From assembly GCA_048128005.1 (NCBI GenBank), contig JBEUKZ010000023.1, positions 310,001 through 374,000 on the forward strand: a DNA stretch of 64,000 bases, read 5' to 3'. The position numbers and the translations under genes are program-made. This stretch comes from Veleropilina oligotropha. Lineage: Eukaryota. Under the pieces are notes generated by a model. That model made no database searches. It was given only the letters and a program-made list of their open reading frames with translations, and had not been told where the DNA came from. Below, piece after piece: positions 42,201 to 54,200 of this stretch. Within the stretch, counting starts at the first letter, position 1, and every line of letters starts with the position of its first letter.

Positions 42201-45200
42201 TTACCAGCCATTGCGCACTATATATTATGCATCAACAACGATGATTTTAAAAAGCACTTTTAAATAAGTTGATTTGCAACAAACAGATAAATCGTACCTT
42301 TCATGATGTGTTGGACGCTGGCCAGCTCTTGTTGGAAGTGCTGTCGGAGCTCGTCTATCTCATCCTGCTTGGCGAGCTCCGAGATAGTAGCGACCGTCTT
42401 CAGATCTTCAAGTTCATGGTTTACAGTGTTTAGTTTGGTTTCTATGGATACATGTTTGTCTTCGCTCTCCACCCGCTTGTCACGTTCCGATTTGAGTTCT
42501 TCTGCAAAGAAAGATCACAGAAAGCTTGCGTATAGTCGTCATCGCTGTCGCATCACTTGATTTTGATCTTGAATGGGCAGACGGATGTCCGGAAGGTCAC
42601 TAATTGAGGTGGTGCCCACAGCACTTACAAATAATAATATCGTTAGGGTTTTGTGTGTTTAATTTGCTTTCCAATGGTAATGGCTATGGAGAACAGCCCA
42701 GATAACCGGGGCACCTTCGGTTGCCGTGATTTCTCAACTATGTTGGGACTATTCATAAACGAACGCAGTTTAGTCCAGACTATAGTTCGACAGAGTTGTA
42801 CCCTGCTTGGGAACATGGTCGAGCTCGGTTTCAAAATGGCCGCCATTAATGCGAAAGGTTAGCATTCAATGTACGTTTCCGATTAAATGTTGATTATAGC
42901 CCATATCATCCACTTTTCATATAAGAAACGTGTAATTTTTTCCATAAATGTTCCAAATGAATAAATGTCGTCATTTTATGAAGCTGCCATTCACGCAAAT
43001 AGTACATATATATGCAATAATATGATTTCTGAGATAGTTTCAATGGAACAATTCTGGATCGATTCATAGTCGAATATTATTTTTGCTAATGGTTCAGTTA
43101 ATTTATATTTATCTATGTATCATATATTAAAATTCAGAAATCAAACACTATATGCCTATATGTGACGTTTATTGAAGTTTTTACCCATTGAATAAGTCAA
43201 CATTTCAACAGAGAGGTCATTTTAACGGGTGAAGATGTGTCGATTAGATATTTGGGTGCACTTTCGGTACTTCCCCCACAGCTCCGGCTTTTATACATAT
43301 TTAAGGAGCTCCGGCTTGTATTCGTCTTAAATTTTCACACTCCGTGTATTATCTGCTACTAAAGGCAAATGCAGCTTGCGATAAGATACACGTGATGGGT
43401 ACGTAGTTGTATTGGCTTTACAAACGTATATACACCGGACCGCACCGTGAGCCTGGACTGACCGAGGTTCACCTGTTGCTAGTCCCCATGGATTTAACAT
43501 TAACGACGCCTCCAAATTCGGAGATGAAATACCAGATTTCCAAAGTTGAGTAAAAGCCGGTGTTGTGGGGGAAGTACCGAAAGAGCGCCGATATTTGATA
43601 TTATGACCGTTTTTAATGTACCGTAGTCGGGACTAGATATCACTCGGTTGTGCCAAACCATCGTTAGTCGTATAGTCGGAACCATAGTGTCGCAACCGAA
43701 GGTGGTCCAGATGAAAGGAGGATTAAGAGTAATCCCCTTGTATCTATAATAATATACTTACGTCCTTACTAATGCCATAATAAGCCTATTATCGCTAAAT
43801 CCGGACAAGGTGGAAATGGTAATTTCGCACTTTTTAGTAAATTTAACCCAGTTGACCCACTGACCTGCTCGACCTCCTCAAGTTCATGCCTAATAAAGAG
43901 CTCGCCAACTCCCGCGAGATCCTCGTGACCAAAAGGTCATGACCTCATACGAAGTTTAAGCAAACCCCAAGGCAAAGAACTTATATAAGAGGGTGCGAAG
44001 CAGGGTGGGCCAAGTGGGTAAGGACGTAAGTATATTATTATAGATACAAGGGGATTACTCTTAATCCTCCTATCTATATCAAATATACTTACGTCCTTAC
44101 TAATGCCAAGAATAACTTTGGTTGGCGGAGTTATAAGTTCCATACACCAAAATTAAAACTTACTTGTTACCAGAAGACGACGCTTTTAGCGTTGAGATCG
44201 AGTCCGTTCAGAGTGGATTTTACTGAGCATCAAATCTACTCTTATCCCGAGGTGAGATTTCGACCAAGAAATCTGGGAAAACACGTCAGGGATGTTAGTC
44301 GGACAGGTAACACGAAAGTGCATGTAGCTCCGGACACCGTGCGGAAGGTATACCTTGAGGCACTCGTGTCATGGGCAAAAACAGTGATCTGAATATTCCG
44401 GACTCAAAGGTCGGCAGACAGAAAACTGCAAGACGTGGTTTTTAGAGGCACCCGAACCTAGGCAGGTTTATTGTGCTATAAAACCGTGACAATTATTAAT
44501 AGATTGAAGAATTTAACTTCATCTTGAAATAATAAAAATTTTGCATGTCCATCTTGCAAAATGTCAACATGATAACATGTTACTTAAATAATTTTAAGTA
44601 GAGAATAATATTAAAATTTTCCAATGTAAGACATTGAAATGTTCTGTGACAGCAAGTAGAACATTTTAAAAATAATATTATTTACAAAAAACATTTTTAA
44701 GATTTCGTAATATAAATGTTTGCATCCAATGTGAGCATTAGTTTCATATTAACTCAGTTTGAATAGATAATTTCAATTTCTTAATAGGTTTAAGAAAGAA
44801 ATAACATTGGAGTAAATTCTAAGGGTGTTTACAATGTACACAAATAGAATTACATTACATTACCTCAGTTTCCTGGTACTATTCATTATACCATTCACTG
44901 CAAGGATGACCTAGAACCTCTAATACATTGCTGATTTGCTGCGACAAAGGATATACTATGTTCGCCAGATGCCGTGGTTGCGTAATCACGCAGGTAAAAG
45001 CGAACAAAGGTATTAGCACTCTTCCAATAACCCGCCTTCAAGATTGCATTGATATTCAAATTATACTTGAAGGCCAAGGACGTCGCTAAGGCCCGTGTTT
45101 CATGCGCGTGAATTGAAACGAGATCTCGGTCTGGCTCATCGGACCGCTTGTAAATATCCTTTACAACAGAGACTATCCAACGTGAAACAGTCGATTTGCG

Positions 45201-48200
45201 AACGTCGCGGTGGAATTGAGGCATGTGGCTTATGAATAAACGCTTTTTTCCATGCCGTAGGTCACGGGTCCGGTCCAGGTAGAATCTCAGCGCACGAACG
45301 GGGCAGTTCAGCCGGTCGATATCGTCTCTACCCAACATGGAGAGGTTACGGATACAAACCTCGGGACAGATATCTTCAGGTCTTTGTGTCTTCGCTAGGA
45401 AGCCAAGGACTGTATGCAGCGTCAACGACCCATCGGTGTGGAAGTGTATATCTCGCAGCTCTCCGGATAATGCATGTATCTCCGATGCCCGATTACCGGT
45501 GGCGAGAGCGGTAAGTAATACGGTCTTATAAGTGAGATTTTTGAGGGAACATTCACTCATAGGCTCGAACGGGCATCTAAGTAAAGCATTGAGAATCAAC
45601 AAAATATTCCACGCAGGCGGCCGCACCCGCTGAATAGGGCGTTCGAGTTGGTAGGAGCGTATAAAGTCCGATATTGTTTTGTCAGTAGACAAGCGGGTGT
45701 GCTCTCGGCATTGTCGTAACGTCGTTGCTACGCATGATCGGTAGCCTTTGACCGCGGAAATTGACATTCCTCGTTCAAGCAACGACGACAAAAACTCGAT
45801 AAATTTTGTCACAGGGGGGCGGAAAATATTGATTTGCCGCCCGCGACACCAATCCACAAATTTCTTCCATCGGTAGTCGTATACCTTTGTTGTAGATTGC
45901 CTTCTAGATCGGTAGATGCGCTGGGCTGTCGCTCTAGAAAAGCCTTTCTTAATGAGCGATCTCTCGATAGTCGCCAGGCGTGAAAGTGAAACTCGTTCGC
46001 CGACGGGTGTAGGACCCGACTGCGCGGTTGCGATAACAGGTCTGTCATCTGCGGGAGCGCAAGTGGCTGATCGATGAGTAGATCCAGAAGTGTCGGAAAC
46101 CAGGACTGCGTGCGTTGTAGGGGTGCTATTAGCGTCAACTCGCAGTCTTCGCGTGTTGCTTTCCGAAGTACTTGTGGCAGCATGCACGACGGCGGAAAGG
46201 CGTAGGCGATCAGATTCTCCCATCTCATTGACAGAGCGTCGACCGCTATAGCGGCCGGGTTATAGCGGCCGGGTCCGGGTAAGGAGACACATAGAGAGGG
46301 AGTCGGTGATTGTATTCGGTTGCAAAAAGATCGACTTGAGGCTGCGACCACAGGCGACAGACATCTCGGGCTACACGGGCGTGTAGCATCCACTCTGTGT
46401 GTATTATCTGTGTTTTCCGAGAGAGCGTATCCGCTCTGACATTCAGCTTCCCCGGGATGTGTCGGGCTCGAATTGACGAGTTGAGGGACATCACTAGGCG
46501 GTGTAGGTCGATCGCTCGGTCGCAAAGCGGACGGGAGCGAGTGCCGCCCTGGTGCTGAATGTAAGCGACGACAGTCGTGTTGTCCGTGGCGAGCATTATG
46601 TGCTTGTTGCGGAGATGTGACGAGAGTGACCGTACTGACAGGTAGACGGCTTCTAACTCTAGGAAGTTGATGTGTCGTCCCTGAAGGTCCGTAGGCCAAA
46701 GGCACGATGTCTCGTGACTGTCGAGGTGACCTCCCCAGCCCTCGTTTGACGCGTCCGTGAAGAGGTAGGCGTTCGGTTCTGGGGGGGATATCGGAACCGA
46801 CTGGCTCGGCAGGGTAGTGTTCAGCCACACTGCTGTCGTGCGATTGAACCAATGCCGAAGATCGATGCGATCCGTCCACTGTCCCGTACGTTGTATCCAG
46901 CGGTCCTTGAAGGCCTGCTGCAACGGTCGTTTGTCCATGCGACCCGTCGGTAACAGGGGAGCTACCGACTCGATGTGCCCTAGGACAGTGGCCAGTCGTC
47001 GCGCTGTAGTTATCCGTGAAGACTTCGTTTCCAGTATAACTGCGCGTAGGTTCTCTATACGTTTCTGAGTCGGTTTCGCGGTGTACCGGACCGTGTCGAA
47101 TTGGACCCCTAGAAATGTAAACGTCGTCGAGGGCACGAAGCAGGATTTCTCGTTGTTGATCTGTAATCCTAGGCGCTTCGCCGATGATAGGGTAACGCTC
47201 ATCGACTGGAGGCACTGATCCCGGGATGCCCCGAGAATCAACCAGTCGTCGAGGTACATGTGTACTCTGTGCCCTTGCGAGTGTAGGAAGGCCCCGAGAG
47301 CCTGTACTACCCGCGTGAAGACGTACGGGGCTGACGCTAGACCGAACGGTAGACACCTGAATTGGTAGATCGTTCCCCCGTGGACAAACCGTAGGTACCG
47401 GTGAGCCGAGACATGCATCGGAACGTGTAGGTACGCATCGGTCAAGTCGATAGACGCTGCCCAGTCGCCCGGACGGATGGCCATTCGTATCTTCGAGAGT
47501 GTTTCTTGCTTGAACTTCTCGGTACGAAGATACTGGTTGAGGAACGACAGATCGAGGATCGGTCGCCAACGGCCATCGGGTTTCGGGACCAGGAAAAAGT
47601 GGCTGTAATATCCTGGTGTGCTGGGCGGCGCGGGATAAATCGCTCTTTTTGAGAGTAAGTCCCGCACTGCCTGGTCTAGGACGGCTTGTTTTTCTCTTAT
47701 CAAGAGACGAGCGCGTCCTGGTGGTGGTGTCGCGTCTAGGGTTGGATGCCGGTCGAATGCCAACTTGTATCCGGCACTCACGACTGAGTGAACCCAGTTG
47801 TCCTCTGTCATTTCCAGCCAGGACAGGCTGTACTCTAACAGACACGCTCCCACCGGCGGAAGCGTGCAACTGGGCTCGTCGCGACCGCCGGCAACCCTAG
47901 GGCCGCGGCTTCCCTCTCCCGCTCTGACGGGATTTCGTCGGAGGTGCCTTTGTCGTATTAGATTTCTTGGCCTTAGGAGGCCCACTAAACGACGGTTTGG
48001 CACGCTTGGAAGGCTTATGGGACCGGGACGGTCCCGAGCGCTTCCTTGAGGTAGCAGCCGGCGTACTCCGAGGAGTAGCCAAGACTGCCTTCTCAATCGC
48101 GCGATCCGTTAGGTCGGCCGCTCTCTTCTCGACAAATTCGGTGAATTCGTCTCCGAAGAGAGTAGAGGCCGACAGCGGTACGCAACGTAGAGACTGCCGG

Positions 48201-51200
48201 GTGGCGTCGTCTAACGTGGTGCCGTCTAGGCACGCGTCTCTACGAAGTAGGACAGCGTTACCTAAGGATCGGGCTGACTCCGACGCGGAGTTCTCCGTGG
48301 AGGCGGCAACCTCTTCGAGGAAGGACAGTGCGATCTCTCGAGCGCGGGGTCCATCCTCTTGTAGCACGGTAATAGCTCCATCCAAGAAGAAATCCTGGAT
48401 GGAGGAATGCCGTAGAGCTCGACGGGCGGAGCTCTCAAAGCCCTCCATGGCGGCCCATGGGACTTTGACTACTGAGGGAGCTGTGCTGTATCGATCTGAA
48501 CTGGCTCAGTCGCCAGACACGTCCCAGAGCACCCGATCGGAATCGGACGCCTACTGGGCTGGAGGTACCTTCCCTTACGCAGACCACTAGGGTACTCCGT
48601 TAAAGTGGAAGTCTCCACCGATTTGGACCCCTGAATGGATTTGGTCGCCGAGTCAAGGACGAGCGAGACCAACCCAGACTGGGGGAGGGTAGGAAGCAGG
48701 GGGGCTTCCGTCCCATCAAACCGACGTGCCGCTGTCCTGTGCCTGACTACGCTTACCGGCAGGGCCGGGTCGAGCAAGTCAAGCACCCCGCGAAGCGACG
48801 CGACAGCGTCGTACCTTCGGCGGGTGGCGGAGACGGCTTCATGTGTGCCAGAAAGACTACAAGAGTCATCTGGTCCGACCGATTCAGGGAGGTCAGAGTG
48901 AGGAGTAGAAGTGGTGTCCTCGTCGGAACGAGAATCTACTTCCATCACCGAAACATGAGCCGAGCCCGGCGTTACGGTCAGAGACGCTGGGACCTGGGGC
49001 GGCTGGGTAGCCAGTTGCCAGGACCTACAACGTGACTCGACTTCCGTCGCAATCATAGCCTGGACGTTCTCGAACGAGAAACCCGGAGGCATGACGGACG
49101 TCGGACCAACAGCCATTGGTCCGCTCGAGGTTACCATAGCGCATGGTGGACGGGCTGCACGGACAGGTGGAGCCGAGAACCAGGGTCTCGGGGTACCTGT
49201 CAGGAAACCGCTACCAGGGAATCGGCCCGAAGGCTCGTTAACTGGTGCGAACGGCCCGTAGGACTGCGACCACAGTCCATACGGGTCTGTAACCCTGCTC
49301 GAGTGAAGCACGTGGGAATACCCGCCGTATACTTCAGCCCCGAGCGCAGCCGATCCTACCACACCACCTAGGACGTCTTGAAAAGAATCGCCGGAGGTAA
49401 TGGGCCTTCCATCGGTCTCGTGGGCTCCGACGGTGGCGGGATTAGTCTTTAAACTAGCGCCGTTGTCGGACGAGAGGATGGGTTTCGTCGAGCGTCTGGA
49501 ACTTTGACCACTTTCGTGGTGCCCAGCAACTATATCGACTTTTTGTGCCAGTCGTTTCGCTTCTTGTTCAGAAGCTACTAAACTCGCAGAAGGACTAACG
49601 CTGCCTTGCTCCTCCGAGGCCGGAGGAGAGGAAAGGTTTTGTCTGCCCTGTTCAGCTTTTCGCCGCAGCGCTCGACGTGTCTTACTGGTCGGCAAGACAC
49701 TCTGAGCAGCGGTTACTAGGCCCAAAGGAGAGGAGTCGGACGGCACTCGGGCCTGTACCTGAACCTTGGACCCCGACGAAGTTACTGGGACTTGCCCCAA
49801 AGTCTCAGAGGTTCCGACGGCGGATCCCGCGATAGCCGCTGTCCCAACACGGCTATCACCGACAGAATCTGAAAGAGAAAGAATAGAATCAAAGCCTGTC
49901 TCTAATCTCTGAAGCTTCTCGGTGGCTGTCCCATCGGGAGAAAATGCCCTGGTCGTTTTCTCCGTTGGGAAAAGAATCTCCCACTGCCGATTTGTCAATA
50001 CATAACAATGCTCACACAGATGCGTTTTATCACTAAAACAAACACGGTGAATAGTGCATTCGGAGTGCCTGTCAAAACCACGGATTTTCTGTCGGCACCC
50101 GGAACCACTGCAATGCACCATAGCTACGTACACGGGTAGGTAGGAGATAGGGGTATGAAGTGATAAGGGTATTTCTACGGGTAGTTTACCAAAATACTAC
50201 TACAACCTCGATTGTACCTGATCCGAGAGGTGGGAAAAGGCTGAAATACGCTCAAAACCTCCAGCGGATTATACGCCCAAAACACCGACTTTGGTAATTT
50301 ATTATTTAACACAAGTCGGCCAACGAATTGAGAAACGGGAGGTTTTTCTTTTACAAGAAACCGCTCTTCACACCTAAAAACCTCTTGGATGTATATATAT
50401 CAATTTGTTAGACATCGGCGTGTTATCCCCGACTTAGCAGATTTACCAAAATAACGCTAGTTAAATTCTAAACAATCTGCTTTTCAACGACGATAAATTT
50501 GATTACATAAATTTATAGCAAGAAACACGTCGTTGAGGAAATTATCGCATATATAAATGAATTGTTATACAAATTCAAGCAATATCAATAATACAACTCT
50601 CTCCTGACTCCTTAGTAATTGCTAAGGAGCTTCCTTCTTTAAATATCCCTCTGAGCGTCCTCTTTACTTTTCTTTCAGAATTTCAAGATGGCGTCGTCAG
50701 TGGAGGGTGTTGATTTCCGTTTTTGTCTGTACTCGACAGGAAAACTTCCAAGAAGGGCTTATTCAGGAGGAAAACTCTCTAATTTTCCACTACACGTGTT
50801 TAACACACTACACTCGATCTTATGAGCTTAATGATTAATAAATCTGGCTCTAAAAAAGATCGATTTCACATCAGATGATGGAGCAAAGAAAAACGCGACT
50901 TGTCACAAGATGGCAGAAAACTTCGGATGAGGTCATGACCTTTTGGTCACGAGGATCTCGCGGGAGTTGGCGAGCTCTTTATTAGGCATGAACTTGAGGA
51001 GGTCGAGCAGGTCAGTGGGTCAATTGGGTTAAATTTAATTAAAAGGGCGAAATTACCATTTCCACCTTGTCCGGATTTAGCGATAATAGGCTTATTATGG
51101 CATTAGTAAGGACGTAAGTATATTTGATATAGATACCTACCTGCTTCGGTCAGATAAAATTGACCACTGTGACTGCAAACTCCACACGGTCTTCAAGCCA

Positions 51201-54200
51201 AGGATTTGCAACCCACTGTTACAAATCCGTGCAACAAGACTCGGAGTTCATTAGGATCAACACTCTTGGACAGTTCATCTCAAAATCTATATTGCACCAA
51301 AATAATAATACTAGACACCAGTCAGTCTAGACAAATCTTCCGTAAGGTAGTGACATGATTTGAATATAATTCTTTTAAATCTTCAATTAGTAAATTGCAG
51401 TGTTGAAATACCTTCTTTTTGAAGGAACAGTTCCTTAAATCTGGCTCTGTTCTGCCCAAAGGCAGCCTCACTCTCCTCTCTCTCTTTGGTCAGTTCTTGC
51501 TCACGTTTCTCTAGATGAAGAATCTTATCTCTTAGCAATAAGACATCATTATCGTCTGAAAAGTAAATAAAAAAGGACTTAAAAATATTCACTGCATACA
51601 ACTATACATATTTTTGTGCAACAAAGTGCATGTAAACATATTATGATGGGGTAATAATTATAATACACTGTAACAATGACTATCAGATACTGTAAATGAC
51701 TTTATTTTCGAGGGTATCAATTTTCGTGGTTTTGCACGAGACATTTTCGAGGGCTCGTATTTTCATGGATTTCATATTTTGGAGTATAATAAATTATATA
51801 CAATGAGTACTTTTGACAAAGTTTTAAACATTGTCAATTTACGGTCATTTCCAATGGTGGAGGAGGAGGAGGAATGATGCTTAATGTCCTGTATATTTAC
51901 AACATCGAGGTTCAAGGCAGGACATGTCTGTGTCATCACGGGAGGAAACCCCGGTCGCCCGGGTAAACCCGCCCTCTTCGGCCAGTCACGGACAACTGTG
52001 ATTCATAACTTGAACAAATTTCAATGCCTCCGCCAGGTATTGAACCAACTACTGTTCGCATTAGCGGAATCAAGCCAGTGAATTTAGAGTGGGCACTCGA
52101 CCCACTGCGCTGCCGCAGCCATTTTTCCAATGGTATGATAAAGCCGGTGCTGTCAACCTCAGTGTTGTTTATAATTCTAAGCTTAATCATAAAATCAGAT
52201 TAGTACTAGTTGAAAGTGATTTCACATTGAAAGACTGGACAATGTCGTTGTCGCCATCTTAACAGGGTCTTGAAAACCTCAAATCTGAAGCCGATTCATG
52301 CAAATTGGATTATCCCTGTGCACCGGGAAGTATATCAATGCAAGCATTTTATAACGAATGGTTTACAATTGACAATAACATGTTGATTTTGTAACATTGA
52401 CTTGCAATTGAATCATATAAGCGCCAAACGTAATTAGCGCAGGTTCATGATTATAAATATATACTATGGACATATGTATTTATTTGAACATCAATAAGTG
52501 TATGCCATACGATAAAATTAAAGTATTTAATAAATCAATTTTAGTAGTATCTACTTTGTATTGTTATAATTACCATCATCAATATATGTGATGGCAGCGA
52601 CATGCAAAGATAATGTAGACATTCAGCCTATCCAATATGGTCGCTCTCAGATTTCTTGAATAAATACAGACTGGGTGGCGCATATTTCGTCAAGACTTGA
52701 AATTTGAGGTTTAGCCTACCCACGAAAACCACGAAAATTGGTACCCAATAAATATTAATGATTCTACAGTAATTGTATCCCCAGAAAATAGTCACTCACG
52801 GATAGTTATGCTATTGTCTTTTTCGACAGCATGCCCGTATTCTCAGATATTGCGTATGTGTGCTCTACAGTGAACAATTGCAATCTGGTTTGCATCAAAT
52901 TTGATATTGATATGCACATAATAATTAATATTCATCATAAGGTCACGACCTTTAACAAGTGTCGGATGGATCATACACCACCTGTCCTCGAATTGTGTAC
53001 CGTACTTGAAGTTTATACAAATTTCAATTCAACAGATTTAAGAGACTATTGCCCGTAAATGCGGCCTTTTCATGACTGTGTAATGACTGATTGTTCTCTA
53101 TCGCACTGTTCGCACAGACTGATACAAATTTCGTGAAGATACGATCGATATATGATCAAATTTATAGACTTTTATTGACATTATTATCGTAACTGGGCAA
53201 TATATGTTATGGTCAAGTAGAAAGCTGTCTTACTTGACAAGCTGAAACCTACGCAACTGTGCCCTCCAACTAGGTCAATTGGAAATGTACTCTGTGCGAG
53301 GTAATTAAACGCGGACCGCATTTAATTATTTTTAAATATTCAGTAGCGATTCATTTAAATTGTAGGAAATTACTGACGAAAGTTGACTGTTGAAAATTCC
53401 TAACTTTTTATGTTAGAAACAAAAAGTTTACTGCGGTTAGTTTTCTTTTTAAAAAAGAACGCATTTACGGGCAATCGTCTCTTTAAGGTAATTACATTAC
53501 TATTTCTATGCTACAAAGTCTATGCATACCATGTGGTAATATTACATTGTAACAATAAATATGATCCTGCTAATTTAGACAAAATTCAATTTCTTTATTT
53601 TGTATTGCCGTGCCGGTTTTTCAGAAATAATTGTAGCCTCAGTGGATTAAGCAATGGCTATGCTCAGCAGTTATTGAAGTACAACCAGCAAAGAATAATT
53701 TCCCTGTGTCTAATTAGTGTTAGAAACTAACTTTTTGAGCAGCTGGCCTCTCGGGCCGGAGCTGTTCAAAATTTACTGGCCCACAGATGAATTTACTAGC
53801 CCAGTGTTTCCATTAACATTTCCATATATTTTAATCTTTACTATTTCAAGTGTATTGAAAACTATCAGTTATTTCTGTAATTGTGTTAAAATCCAAGCAA
53901 ATGAAAAAGATGGAGTCATAAATTCATTTCAAAGACTGAGGGGGTGGAGGAAATTGTTGTTGCATAAGATGGGCATGGTTGATCAAAAACGAATTTTAAT
54001 CGGAAACATATTTTGATGTTTAATATATCTGACAGCTGGACAGTCTAAGGTGGAAGTGGTTAACACATAAAAATTATGATCATATACATAATCTTAATGG
54101 CTTCTTCTGTACTTTGATGTTGAAAGAATGCATTCTATATTTATATATCTACATCTTTTAATATTTTCACTCTTTTTGGTAATATAAAAGTTATGTGCTC

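Larger units (their letters stand above)
43716..51135 (-). mobile_element. DIRS1-like tyrosine-recombinase retrotransposon, full length, in RABEP intron 2, same orientation as the host gene
   Basis: ~207-bp inverted terminal repeats, an internal complementary region, gag, RT/RNase H/methyltransferase and YR ORFs, no target-site duplication. Confidence 0.95.

Noticed and set aside
45809..47869. 686-aa ORF as an independent novel protein
   Set aside because: Explained as a chimera made by the 14-bp duplication.
47967..48590. 207-aa plus-strand ORF and other plus-strand ORFs inside the DIRS
   Set aside because: Antisense shadows of GC-rich gag/pol, with no recognisable motifs.
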